The notes under the pieces were generated by a model, which searched no databases, was not told the origin of the DNA, and worked only from the letters and a program-made list of their open reading frames with translations. Below are positions 39,882-49,618 of a stretch of DNA of 64,000 nucleotides, piece by piece. The DNA is from Alphaproteobacteria bacterium. GTDB lineage: Bacteria > Pseudomonadota > Alphaproteobacteria > SHVW01. Every line of letters begins with the position of its first letter. Position 1 is the first letter of the stretch. The DNA is taken from contig VGDO01000002.1 of NCBI GenBank assembly GCA_016869645.1, positions 15,479 through 79,478 on the forward strand, in the 5' to 3' direction. The position numbers and the translations under genes were made by a program.

Positions 39882-41423
39882 ATGATCACCAGACGCACAT
39901 TCCTTCATGGTGCAGCGCTCGGCGCTGGCGGACTGCTGGCAACCTCGCGGGGTCTTGCGCAAAGCGCTCCGGCGGCGATCAAGCGTGGCGGCACGCTGAG
40001 GGTCGCGATCTTCGCCGATCCGCTCACCTTCGATCAGCACATCACCGGCAATCTGCAAGGGCGGACCGCCTGCAGGGCGATCTACGATACGCTGCTGACG
40101 ATCGACCGTGAGGGCCGGCTCGCGCCCGGTCTCGTCGAGTCTTGGTCCCAGCCGGACGACCAGACCTTCCTGCTCAAGCTCCGCCAGGGCGTGAAGTTCC
40201 ACGACGGCACGCCGTTCGATGCCGCGGCGGTCAAGTTCAACATCGACCGTATCCGTGATCCCAAGCTCGGCTCGATCCGTGGCGGCGAGATCCGCGCGCT
40301 CGATACGGTCGAGGTGGTCGACGCGCACACGGTCAAGCTCAACCTGAAGAGCGCATTCGCAGCTTTCCTCTTTCCCTTTACCGACGTGACGGGATGCATC
40401 GCCTCGCCGACGGCAATGCAGAAATGGGGCAACGACTATGGCCTGCATCCGGTCGGCGCCGGACCGTTCAGGCTGGTGCAGTACCAGAAGGATACCCAGA
40501 CGGTCATGGAGAAGAGTGCCGACTACTGGGACAAGGGAAAGCCCTACCTCGATCGGCTGATCCTGCGGCCGATTCCGACCGACAGCACCCGCCTGGCCGA
40601 GCTGCGCTCCGGCGGTGTCGACATTGCCGAGGCGCTGCCGTTGCAAGACATCAGGCGGCTGCGCCAGACCCAGGAGATCATCGTTTCCGAGAAGGTGGGA
40701 TTCCGCTGGGAGTATTTCGGCTTCAATCTGAACGACCAGTTCCCGGGCAAGTCGAAGAAGTTCCGTCAGGCATTCCAATGGGCGATCGACCGCGAGGCGC
40801 TGCACCAGGCGGCGTATTTCGGCACCGGTTCGATCGGCTATGACGGCATCTTGCCGGGCAGCCCGTTCCACGACCCCAACTACAAGCCGTACAAGCGCGA
40901 CATGGAAATGGCGAAGCGGCTGATCGGGGAATCCGGCCTGAGCACGCCGATCGTCATCAAGGGGCCGCTCCAGCCTGACCCAGTCAAGCAGCGCGCCGCC
41001 CAGGTCTTCCAGGCGACCGCCGCCGAGCTTGGCGTCAAGGTCGAAATCGAGCAGGTCGACTCGGCCGGTTACCGGGATGCGCTGCGCGGCGGCAAGATGC
41101 CGATGGATCTGCAGGGATGGTGGGGCTACCGGCCCGACCCCGACCAGTATCTCGCGATCCTGCTGCACTCCTCCGGTTCATACGCCCAGTACCACGGGTA
41201 CAAGAATCCGCGCATGGATCAATTGATCGACGCCGAGCGCACGGCGCGCACCGAGGCGGAGCGGCGCAAGGCGTTCCGCGAGCTCTCGGAACTCATGAAC
41301 GATGATGCGGTCTACGTGCCCTGGCACTACAGCTCCGACTTCAAGGGGCTGCATCCGCGCGTCAAGGGATTCTTCCACTCCCAGGATGCGATCATGACGT
41401 TCGAGGACATTCACCTCGCGTGA
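39882..41423 (+). CDS. ABC transporter substrate-binding protein, family 5, Tat-exported
   Basis: TRRTFL twin-arginine signal; GGAGGA RBS; IYDTLL, KFHDGTPFDAAAVKFN, PVGAGPF. Confidence 0.92.
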   Translation: MITRRTFLHGAALGAGGLLATSRGLAQSAPAAIKRGGTLRVAIFADPLTFDQHITGNLQGRTACRAIYDTLLTIDREGRLAPGLVESWSQPDDQTFLLKLRQGVKFHDGTPFDAAAVKFNIDRIRDPKLGSIRGGEIRALDTVEVVDAHTVKLNLKSAFAAFLFPFTDVTGCIASPTAMQKWGNDYGLHPVGAGPFRLVQYQKDTQTVMEKSADYWDKGKPYLDRLILRPIPTDSTRLAELRSGGVDIAEALPLQDIRRLRQTQEIIVSEKVGFRWEYFGFNLNDQFPGKSKKFRQAFQWAIDREALHQAAYFGTGSIGYDGILPGSPFHDPNYKPYKRDMEMAKRLIGESGLSTPIVIKGPLQPDPVKQRAAQVFQATAAELGVKVEIEQVDSAGYRDALRGGKMPMDLQGWWGYRPDPDQYLAILLHSSGSYAQYHGYKNPRMDQLIDAERTARTEAERRKAFRELSELMNDDAVYVPWHYSSDFKGLHPRVKGFFHSQDAIMTFEDIHLA

Positions 41424-41475
41424 TCGGGGGCGGTCGGGCGCGGGAAATCGAATCCAAGTCAGGAGGTATCCGATC

Positions 41476-41691
41476 ATGCCAGTCGTGCGCGTCATGTTCT
41501 ATGAGGGTCGTTCGCCGCAGAAAAAGCGGGAGATCGCCGAGCAGATCACCGATGCGCTCGTGCGTATCGGAGGCTCCAAGCGCGAGGCGGTCAACGTGAT
41601 CTTCGACAACTTCAAGAAGGAAGATTGGGTGATCGGCGGCGCGCCCGAGCTCAACGGCAGCATCACCAAGGTTGGAGCGAAGAGCGCTTAG
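41476..41691 (+). CDS. 4-oxalocrotonate tautomerase family protein
   Basis: AGGAGG RBS; Pro-1, EGR11S, 71 aa beta-alpha-beta unit, W50-x-x-GG. Confidence 0.88.
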   Translation: MPVVRVMFYEGRSPQKKREIAEQITDALVRIGGSKREAVNVIFDNFKKEDWVIGGAPELNGSITKVGAKSA

Positions 41692-41715
41692 CTCGGCGTT
41701 GCGCAGGGGATCCGC

Positions 41716-42759
41716 ATGCGCCCGTCGCTCGGCGTCCTGCTCTTCTCCGACTACACGCTCGCGGAGTTGACCGAACTCGGGCGCCTGAGCGAGGGCCTGG
41801 GCTACCGCTTCTTCTGGTACACCGACGTGCGGTTCACCCGCGAGTGCTACCTGGGGTTGGCCGCCGTCGCGTCGGTGACGCAGCGCGTGCTGCTCGGCAC
41901 GGGCGTGACCGATCCATATTCGCGGCATCCCGCGATCACTGCGGCCTCGATCGCGACACTCGACGAGCTGTGCCACGGCCGCGCCGTGCTCGGCCTCGGC
42001 ACCGGCGGCGCTGGATTCCGGGAGATCGGTCTCGAGCGCAAGCTGCCGGTCGCGGCAATGCGCGAGACCGTCGAGATGGTCAGGCGCCTGCTGCGCGGCG
42101 AGAAAGTGACGTCGCAGGGCAAGGTCGTCTCGGTCAGCGACGGCAAGCTCAATTTCAAACCGGTGCGCGACACGATCCCGGTCTACTTCGCCACCCATGG
42201 CGCGCAGATCACCCGCCTCGCCGGCCTGGTCGCCGACGGCGTGCTGATCGCCAACACGCTCAATCCCGCCGCCTTCGGTTTCTATTTGGGCCAGCTCGAC
42301 GAGGGCATGACGAAGGCGGGCAGGGGACCCGAGACGCTCGACATCGGCTTGCGCGTCGAGGCGTGCATCGCCGACGACGACGAGGCCGCCTTCGCCGTCA
42401 TGCGCCGGCGCGTGGCGACGCGCGTCATGCAGCAGCATCCGCATTGGGAATATCTCGACGAAATCGGCATCTCCCTGCCCGAGGAGTTCGTCGCGATCGC
42501 CGCCAACAAGGATCGCAATCCCGAGGACGTGCAGCGGGCGACCACTCTGTTGCCGGCGGCCGTGGTGGAATCGATGGTGCTGGCCGGCAACGTCGAACGC
42601 TGCGCCGAGCAGCTCGCCCGCGGTCTCAATCCGCGGATCACGCAGATCTCCGTCCGGCCGCACGCTGTTGCCGGGCAGAACGTGGCAGATGTCATTCGCG
42701 CCTTCGCCGAACAGGTGGTGCCGCGCGCGCTGCAGCTTCGCGAATCAGTGACGGCCTGA
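41716..42759 (+). CDS. LLM class oxidoreductase, Mer-like (probably F420-dependent)
   Basis: WYTD, [36 protein letters not shown] and IPVYFA...ADGVLI parallel archaeal Mer as I recall it. Confidence 0.8.
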   Translation: [347 protein letters not shown]

Positions 42760-42838
42760 GGCCGCCCGGCAGGCCGGTTCGACATTCGTGCTGGCGGTGC
42801 GCCGTCGGCAGCCCATTCCGGCAATAGGGGAAGCGACA

Positions 42839-43168
42839 ATGATCACCATGGTCACACTGCACATCGTCAACGCCGACGCGCGCGATCAGGCGCTCGTCCT
42901 GCTCAAGAAGAACACGGAGCTGGCGCGCAAGGCCAAGGGCTTCGTTTCGCGCGACATCCTGTTCGCGCAGAACGATCCACTGAAGGGTTACAGCATCACG
43001 ACCTGGCAAACGCGTGAGGACATGGAACGCTTTCTCAAGAGCCCGGAGCGGCCGCCGTTGACCCACGAGGGCCCGGACAAGACGGTCTACGAGATCACCC
43101 CCCAGGGCCGCGTGTTGCTGTTCACGCGCACCTACTCGGACGTGTTCGAGGTCGTTCCCGTCCCGTAG
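42839..43168 (+). CDS. Antibiotic biosynthesis monooxygenase (ABM)/dimeric alpha-beta barrel protein
   Basis: AKGFVSRDIL and ITTWQTREDMERFLKS match the ABM pattern; GGGGA RBS. Confidence 0.7.
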   Translation: MITMVTLHIVNADARDQALVLLKKNTELARKAKGFVSRDILFAQNDPLKGYSITTWQTREDMERFLKSPERPPLTHEGPDKTVYEITPQGRVLLFTRTYSDVFEVVPVP

Positions 43169-43205
43169 AGTCCCGAGCGACGATGACGGGAGACCATTAG
43201 CGGCG

Positions 43206-44159
43206 ATGGCGACCTATCTGCTCAGGCGATTGCTGGCGACCCTGCCGGTCCTGCTGCTGACGTCGATCATCGTCTTTCTGCTGATGCGGCTTCTGCCGGG
43301 CGATCCGATCAACATGTATATCGGCCAGGCGCAGGCCGACGTCAGCGAGGAGATGATCGCGCAGTTGCGGCGCGACCATGGCCTGGATCAGCCGCTCCCG
43401 GTCCAGTACGCGGTATGGATCGGCAAGGTGCTGGCCGGCGATCTCGGGCGATCGATCCTCAGCCCACAGCCCGTTTTGGACATTCTCGCCCCGCGCATCC
43501 TGCCGACCGTGCAGATCAGCCTGATCGCCTGGCTCTTGGCCGTCGCGTTCGCGCTGCCCGTGGGCATCATGTCCGCCACGCGTCCCGATTCCTGGGCCGA
43601 CCGCGCCGGCACGGTCGGCGCCCTGATCGGCGCCGCCATGCCTTACTTCCTGGTCGGCGGTCTGCTCATCTATTTCGTGGCCCTGGAATGGCGGCTGTTG
43701 CCGGCCTCGGGCTTCGTCTCGCCTTTCGTCGATCCATGGGCCAGCCTGCGTACGTCGCTGCTGCCGGCCGTGACGCTCAGCTTCGGCCTGGCTGCCGTCA
43801 TCGTCCGCCAGAGCCGATCGAGCTTCATCGACGTGCTCCAGCAGGCCTACATCAAGACAGCGCGCGCCAAGGGCCTGGCCGAGGACAAGGTGATCCTTCG
43901 CCACGCGTTCAAGAATGCCATGTTGCCGGTGGTGACCATCATGGGCATCCAGCTCGCGACCCTGTTCAGCGGTTCGATCGTGACGGAAACCATCTTTGCC
44001 GTGCCCGGGGTCGGCCGGCTGCTGGTCAGCGCGATCCTCGGCCGCGACTATCCGGTGGTCCAGGCCGTCGTGCTGTTCATCACGCTCGTCGTCGTGTTTG
44101 CCAATCTGGCGGTCGACCTCGCCTATGGCTTCCTCGACCCCCGCACGCGGCAGGGCTAG
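43206..44159 (+). CDS. ABC transporter permease (OppB-like)
   Basis: LPGDP, GDLGRSI, YIKTARAKG, RDYPVVQA, LDPR. Confidence 0.92.
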   Translation: MATYLLRRLLATLPVLLLTSIIVFLLMRLLPGDPINMYIGQAQADVSEEMIAQLRRDHGLDQPLPVQYAVWIGKVLAGDLGRSILSPQPVLDILAPRILPTVQISLIAWLLAVAFALPVGIMSATRPDSWADRAGTVGALIGAAMPYFLVGGLLIYFVALEWRLLPASGFVSPFVDPWASLRTSLLPAVTLSFGLAAVIVRQSRSSFIDVLQQAYIKTARAKGLAEDKVILRHAFKNAMLPVVTIMGIQLATLFSGSIVTETIFAVPGVGRLLVSAILGRDYPVVQAVVLFITLVVVFANLAVDLAYGFLDPRTRQG

Positions 44160-44166
44160 CACCGCG

Positions 44167-45066
44167 ATGGTCACGCTGCCCGCCGGTCGCTCGATCGCCC
44201 CTCGCCGCCGGCTCAGCCTGGCGCGGCGCCTGGCACTGACCATCGGCCGGCTCGTGCGGCACCGCTTCGCGCTCCTGGGCATCGTGCTGCTGGCGCTCGA
44301 AATCGGCGCGGCGCTGCTGGCGCCGTGGCTTGCCGGCTATGCGCCGAACGCGATCGACTATCGGGCCATGCTGCAGGCGCCCAGTTTCGACCATCTCCTC
44401 GGCACCGACGATCTCGGGCGCGACATCCTCAGCCGGCTGATCCATGGCGGCCGACTGTCATTGACGGTCAGCACCTTGGCCGTGCTGATGGCGGTTTCGG
44501 TCGGCGTGCCGCTCGGGCTGATCGCCGGCTATGTCGGTGGCGCCGTCGATGAAGTGCTCATGCGCGTGCTCGACAGCATCATGGCGCTGCCGCCTCTGGT
44601 GCTCGCTTTGATGATCGCCGCGGTGCTCGGCCCCGGCCTGATCAATGCCATGATCGCGATCGCAATCGTGGCCGTCCCGGTCTACACGCGCCTCATGCGC
44701 GGCCAGGTGCTGTCGCTCAAGCACAACGACTACATTGCGGCAGCCCAGTCGGTCGGCGTTCCCGCCTGGCTGATCCTGTTCCGCCATGTCCTGCCCAACG
44801 CGATCAACCCGGTGATCGTCCAGGCCTCGCTCGGCATCGGCTTCGCGATCATCACGGAATCGAGCCTGAGCTTCATCGGTCTCGGCGCCCAGCCGCCGAT
44901 CTCGACGTGGGGCTCGATGGTTCAGGTCGGGTTCCAGTTCCTCGAGCTGGCGCCGTGGTTCGTGCTGGCGCCGGCGACCGCGATTTTCGTCGCGGTGCTC
45001 GGCTTCAACATGCTGGGCGAAGGGTTGCGCGACGCGCTCGATCCGACGACCAGCACGCGACTGTAG
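44167..45066 (+). CDS. ABC transporter permease (OppC-like)
   Basis: HLLGTDDLGRD, DYIAAAQSVG, FNMLGEGLRDALDP. Confidence 0.92.
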   Translation: MVTLPAGRSIAPRRRLSLARRLALTIGRLVRHRFALLGIVLLALEIGAALLAPWLAGYAPNAIDYRAMLQAPSFDHLLGTDDLGRDILSRLIHGGRLSLTVSTLAVLMAVSVGVPLGLIAGYVGGAVDEVLMRVLDSIMALPPLVLALMIAAVLGPGLINAMIAIAIVAVPVYTRLMRGQVLSLKHNDYIAAAQSVGVPAWLILFRHVLPNAINPVIVQASLGIGFAIITESSLSFIGLGAQPPISTWGSMVQVGFQFLELAPWFVLAPATAIFVAVLGFNMLGEGLRDALDPTTSTRL

Positions 45067-45080
45067 GCGCTGCGAGCGGT

Positions 45081-46016
45081 TCAAGACCGCCGTCGCGCCC
45101 TGGCCGGCTTTGCCGTTCCCTTGAAGTGGCTGACGACCCAATCGCGGAAGGCGAGCAGGGCATCGGGACAACGCTTGTCGGGCAGCAAGAGATAGAAGCT
45201 CTTGGGCGTCCGCACGGCGACGTCGAGCGGACGGACGAGACGGCCGCGCGCGATCAGGTCGTCGCTCAAGAGCGTCCAGCCGAGCGCGATGCCCTGGCCT
45301 TCGCAGGCGGCCTGCAGCAGAAGGGGATGGCTGTTGAAGCGCAGGCTGCGGTGCCGCTTGTAATCGGTGACACCGAGCTCGGCGAAGAAGATCGGCCAGC
45401 CGAACAGGCCGGGCCGGTCGTCATCATGCGCGAGCAGCGTCTCGTCGACGAGCTGCTCGACGCGCGTCAGCGGCGGCCGTCCGCGCAGGTAGTCGGGGCT
45501 GCACACGGGAAAGACTTCGCCCTCGCGAAGCAGCGTCGCCGTGAAGACCGGCCAGGGGCCCGTGCCATAGGCGATGCCGCCATCGACCTGGTCGGCAACG
45601 CGCTCGAAGCCGCGGTCGTTGGCGACGATGTGCACGTCGATGTCGGGGTGGAGCGCGCGGAACTCGGGCAGGCGCGGCACGAGCCAGAAGGTCGCCACCG
45701 CGAAGGTGACGCCGATCTTGATCTCGCGCGAGCGATCGGCGCCGCGCAGATCGTCGGCCGTGGTCGCGACATGCTCGAAGGCCATGGACACGGCACGGTA
45801 GAGTCGGCTGCCCTGGCGCGTCAGCTCCAGCCCGCGATGCAACCGCGTGAACAGCTCAATGCCGAGCTCGCGCTCGAGCGCGCGCACCTGCTGGCTGACG
45901 GCAGCCTGCGTCACGCCCAGCTCGCGGCCCGCGAGCGTAAAGCTGAGGTGGCGCGCCGACGCCTCGAACATGAGCAGTCCGGATAGTCTGGGCAGGCGGC
46001 CAACGAGGTCAGGCAG
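45081..46016 (-). CDS. LysR family transcriptional regulator (GcvA-like)
   Basis: FEASARHLSFTLAGRELGVTQAAVSQQVRALE HTH, WLVPRLPEF, GQGIALGW. Start inferred at CTG 46016 behind GGGAG; the ORF track extends it to TTG 46094. Confidence 0.9.
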   Translation of the reverse strand: MPDLVGRLPRLSGLLMFEASARHLSFTLAGRELGVTQAAVSQQVRALERELGIELFTRLHRGLELTRQGSRLYRAVSMAFEHVATTADDLRGADRSREIKIGVTFAVATFWLVPRLPEFRALHPDIDVHIVANDRGFERVADQVDGGIAYGTGPWPVFTATLLREGEVFPVCSPDYLRGRPPLTRVEQLVDETLLAHDDDRPGLFGWPIFFAELGVTDYKRHRSLRFNSHPLLLQAACEGQGIALGWTLLSDDLIARGRLVRPLDVAVRTPKSFYLLLPDKRCPDALLAFRDWVVSHFKGTAKPARARRRS

Positions 46017-46071
46017 GGCGGCGATCTCCCAAGGTCGATTGCGCGATGATACGACGGGACTCGTTCCTGTC

Positions 46072-46135
46072 AGAAGTCCGATACAGGAGACCAAACTTCA
46101 GCTTGGCCATACTCCCCGTCGCAATCTTTCATTGA
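46072..46135 (+). promoter_or_regulatory. LysR/fgd divergent promoter motif set (second copy)
   Basis: agaagtccgatacag ... ccaaacttcagcttggcc (CCAA-N8-TTGG dyad)-N14-aatctttcattga. Confidence 0.55.
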
Positions 46136-46193
46136 TGATAGAGTGCCACGCCGGGATACTCGCGAGGGCCGCCTCTACCAGGAGAACAGCGCT

Positions 46194-47198
46194 GTGATCA
46201 AGATCGGCTACAAGGCCTCGGCGGAGCAGTTTGGGCCGCGCGAATTGCTCGATTTTGCCTGTCTCGCCGAGCAGCTCGATTTCGACAGCGTGTTCGTCAG
46301 CGACCATTTCCAGCCCTGGCGGCACACGGGCGGCCATGCGCCCTCCGCGCTCGCCTGGCTCGGCGCGCTGGGTGCGCTGACCTCGCGCATCACGATGGGC
46401 ACCAGCGTGCTGACGCCGACCTTCCGCTATCACCCCTCGGTGGTGGCCCAGAGCTTCGGTACGCTGGGCGCCATGTATCCCGGCCGCGTCATCCTCGGTG
46501 TCGGCTCCGGCGAAGGCCTCAATGAGGTGCCGGCGACCGGGATCGAGTGGCCGGAGATGAAGGAGCGCTTCGCCCGACTGCGCGAGGCCGTCCAGCTCAT
46601 CCGCAAGCTGTGGACGGACGAGCGCCACAGTCACGAAGGCGAGTACTACAAGACCAAAGGAGCCACGATTTACGATCGGCCGGACGAGATGGTGCCGATC
46701 TACATCGCCGCCGCGGGCCCGATGGTGGCGAAGTATGTCGGTCGGGTCGCCGATGGCTTCATCTGCACCAGCGGCAAGAACACGACCCTCTACACCGAGA
46801 CGCTGTTGCCCAATCTGGCCGCCGGCCTCGAGGCCGCGAAGCGATCCGCCGATGCGATCGACCGCATGATCGAGGTTAAGGTCTCGTTCGATACGGACCT
46901 GGAGCGCGCGCGCGAGGATACGCGCCACTGGGCGGCGCTAGCGCTGTCGCAAGAAGAGAAAATGTCGGTCGAGGATCCGGTCGAAATGGAGAAGCTGGCC
47001 GATGCCCTCCCGATCGAGCGCGCGGCCAGTCGCTGGATCGTGTCGACCGATCCGGAGGAGCACGTCGAAGCGGTCGCGAAGTATGTCGATCTCGGATTCC
47101 GCCATCTGGTCTTCCATGCCCCAGGACCCGATCAGGCGCGGTTTCTCAAGCTCTATGCCGAGCATGTGGTCCCGAGGTTGCGCCGACGCTGGGGCTGA
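46194..47198 (+). CDS. fgd: F420-dependent glucose-6-phosphate (sugar-6-phosphate) dehydrogenase
   Basis: [54 protein letters not shown] and LVFHAPG match mycobacterial Fgd; AGGAG RBS before GTG 46194. Confidence 0.92.
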   Translation: MIKIGYKASAEQFGPRELLDFACLAEQLDFDSVFVSDHFQPWRHTGGHAPSALAWLGALGALTSRITMGTSVLTPTFRYHPSVVAQSFGTLGAMYPGRVILGVGSGEGLNEVPATGIEWPEMKERFARLREAVQLIRKLWTDERHSHEGEYYKTKGATIYDRPDEMVPIYIAAAGPMVAKYVGRVADGFICTSGKNTTLYTETLLPNLAAGLEAAKRSADAIDRMIEVKVSFDTDLERAREDTRHWAALALSQEEKMSVEDPVEMEKLADALPIERAASRWIVSTDPEEHVEAVAKYVDLGFRHLVFHAPGPDQARFLKLYAEHVVPRLRRRWG

Positions 47199-47232
47199 CC
47201 CGACCCGCTGACATGATGCAGGGTCATCCGCC

Positions 47233-47991
47233 ATGCTGACGCTGACCGGAATACCGGGGGTACCTCTGGTCAAGCCGGGCGACGATCTCGGCGGCTTGCT
47301 TGCAGCCGCTCTTGAGCGCGCCGGACGTGCACCCGTCGACCGGGACGTCATCGTCGTCGCGCAGAAGGTCGTGTCGAAGGCGGAGGACCGCTTCGTCGAC
47401 CTGGCCAGGGTCAAGCCGTCGGCGCGCGCGATGGAGCTCGCAGCCGAGCTCGAGAAGGACCCGCGCATTGTGGAAGTTGTGCTCTCCGAATCGCGGCGCG
47501 TGGTGCGCAAACGGCCCGGCCTGCTGATCGTCGAGCACCGCCTCGGCTTCGTCATGGCCAATGGCGGTGTCGACCGCTCGAATGTCGGGCCGGTGGAGGA
47601 GGGCGAGCGCGTACTGCTGCTGCCGCGCGACCCGGATGCCTCGGCTGAGAGGCTGCGCCAACAGCTCTCGCGTCAATTCCGCTGCGACCTTGCGGTCATC
47701 ATCAACGACAGCTTCGGCCGGCCCTGGCGCAAGGGCATCGTCGGCGTGGCGCTGGGTGCCGCCGGCATACCTTCGCTGATGGACATGCGCGGCCGGCCCG
47801 ATCTGTTCGGGCGTCCGCTCGAGGTGACCGTCACGTGTTTCGCCGACGAGATCTCGGCTGCCGCGTCACTGGTCATGGGGCAGGCCGGCGACGGCATTCC
47901 GGCCGTGCTCGTGCATGGGCTCGACTGGTCCGCACCGCCGACACAAGCGTCATATCTGGTGCGCGGCGCTGAAGAGGACCTGTTCCGCTGA
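47233..47991 (+). CDS. cofE: Coenzyme F420-0:L-glutamate ligase (single domain)
   Basis: PLVKPGDDL, QKVVSKAE, ANGGVDRSN, LLPRDPDASA, DSFGRPWR, DLFR C-terminus. Confidence 0.93.
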   Translation: MLTLTGIPGVPLVKPGDDLGGLLAAALERAGRAPVDRDVIVVAQKVVSKAEDRFVDLARVKPSARAMELAAELEKDPRIVEVVLSESRRVVRKRPGLLIVEHRLGFVMANGGVDRSNVGPVEEGERVLLLPRDPDASAERLRQQLSRQFRCDLAVIINDSFGRPWRKGIVGVALGAAGIPSLMDMRGRPDLFGRPLEVTVTCFADEISAAASLVMGQAGDGIPAVLVHGLDWSAPPTQASYLVRGAEEDLFR

Positions 47992-48935
47992 TGGCCGCGG
48001 TGCTGGCCTTGTCGGGCGGCATCGGCGGGGCGAAACTCGCCCTCGGGCTTGCCCGCGTGCTCGGGCCCGGGGAGCTGACGGTGGTCGCCAACACCGGCGA
48101 CGATTTCGAGCATCTCGGTCTCAGCATCTCGCCCGATCTCGACACGCTGATGTACACGCTCGCCGGCCTCGACAACCCGGCGACGGGCTGGGGTCGGCGC
48201 GACGAGACCTGGACCTTCATGTCCGCTCTCGGCCAGCTTGGCGGCGAGACCTGGTTCCGCCTCGGCGATGGCGACCTCGCTGTCCATGTCGAGCGCACGC
48301 GTCGCCTGCGCGCCGGCGAAACGCTGACGGCGATCACCGAGGATTTCCGGAAGCGGCTTGGCATCGGTGCGCGGCTGATGCCGATGTCCGACGATCCGGT
48401 GCGTACGCGCGTGAATACCGCGGAAGGCTGGCTCGACTTCCAGGAATATTTTGTCCATCGCCAATGCGCGCCGATTGTCACCGGCTTCGAGTTCGCGGGT
48501 GCCGCCGCGGCTCGCGCGCAGCCGGACATTCTGCGCATACTGCGGCAGCCCGATCTGCGCGCGGTCGTGATCTGCCCGTCGAATCCATTCATCAGCGTCG
48601 AGCCGATTCTGGCCGTTCCCGGTCTGCGCGCGGCGATCGCGGCATGCGCCGCGCCGGTCGTCGCCGTATCGCCGATCATCGGCGGCCGCGCGGTCAAGGG
48701 CCCGACGGCCAAGATGATGGTCGAGCTCGGCCTCACATGCACGGCCGCGACGGTCGCCGCGCGCTATGCCGATCTGCTCGACGGCTATGTCGTCGATGCC
48801 GAGGACGCCCGGTCCCTGGATGGTCGCGACGTCGTCGTGACGCCTGCTGCGATCCTGATGACGTCGCTGGCCGATCGCGAGCGGCTGGCGCGCGCCGTTC
48901 TCGACGCTGCGGACGCCCTCAGGAGGCACCCATGA
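47991..48935 (+). CDS. cofD: 2-phospho-L-lactate/phosphoenolpyruvate transferase (CofD/FbiA)
   Basis: LSGGIGGAK, NTGDD, SPDLDT, WFRLGD, FQEYFV, PSNPFIS, VKGP. Confidence 0.94.
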   Translation: MAAVLALSGGIGGAKLALGLARVLGPGELTVVANTGDDFEHLGLSISPDLDTLMYTLAGLDNPATGWGRRDETWTFMSALGQLGGETWFRLGDGDLAVHVERTRRLRAGETLTAITEDFRKRLGIGARLMPMSDDPVRTRVNTAEGWLDFQEYFVHRQCAPIVTGFEFAGAAAARAQPDILRILRQPDLRAVVICPSNPFISVEPILAVPGLRAAIAACAAPVVAVSPIIGGRAVKGPTAKMMVELGLTCTAATVAARYADLLDGYVVDAEDARSLDGRDVVVTPAAILMTSLADRERLARAVLDAADALRRHP

Positions 48936-49618
48936 GCGACAGCGCAGGCATCTGGGCTGTCATACCGGTCAAGGAGCTGCGCAATGCCAAGCACCGATTG
49001 GCGGCGGCGCTGACGCCGGACCAGCGGCGTGGCCTGGCGCTCGCCATGGTCGAAGATGTCTTGGACGCGCTGGCGGCCGTGCAAGAACTGGCCGGCATTG
49101 CCGTCGTCTCGATCGATCCGGACGTCGCTCGAATTGCGGTCGCGCGCGGCGCACGCCTGATCGCGACCGACGCCACCGGCGGCCACACCGCCGCGGTCGC
49201 GGGCGCGGCGCGGCTGCTGGCCGGCGAAGGACGTGATGGCATGCTGACCATGCCCGGCGACGTGCCGCTCGCCACATCGGGCGAGGTCGTCCGGTTGCTC
49301 CAGGCTCACGGCACCTCCCCCGCCTTCACGATCTGTCCTGCCCATGACGGGCGCGGCTCGAATGCCGTGCTGTGCTCGCCGCCCGACATCTTGGCGCTCA
49401 GCTTCGGCAACGACAGTTTCCAGCCTCATCTGGCCGCTGCGCGTGCGCGCGGAATTGTGCCGAAGGTGCTAGGCTTGACGGGTATCGGGCTCGATATCGA
49501 CAATCCCGAGGATCTGGCGGCGTTCATGCGCGTGCCATCGCGCACGCGGACGCGCCGGTTTCTCGAGCAAATCGGGATCGGTGGTTCGGGAGAATCCAGG
49601 TGGACGGCGGCATCGTGA
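48932..49618 (+). CDS. cofC: 2-phospho-L-lactate/PEP guanylyltransferase (CofC/FbiD)
   Basis: AGGAGG RBS; IPVK...AKHRL, PGDVP, DGRGSNA, FGNDSF, DIDNPEDL. Confidence 0.92.
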   Translation: MSDSAGIWAVIPVKELRNAKHRLAAALTPDQRRGLALAMVEDVLDALAAVQELAGIAVVSIDPDVARIAVARGARLIATDATGGHTAAVAGAARLLAGEGRDGMLTMPGDVPLATSGEVVRLLQAHGTSPAFTICPAHDGRGSNAVLCSPPDILALSFGNDSFQPHLAAARARGIVPKVLGLTGIGLDIDNPEDLAAFMRVPSRTRTRRFLEQIGIGGSGESRWTAAS

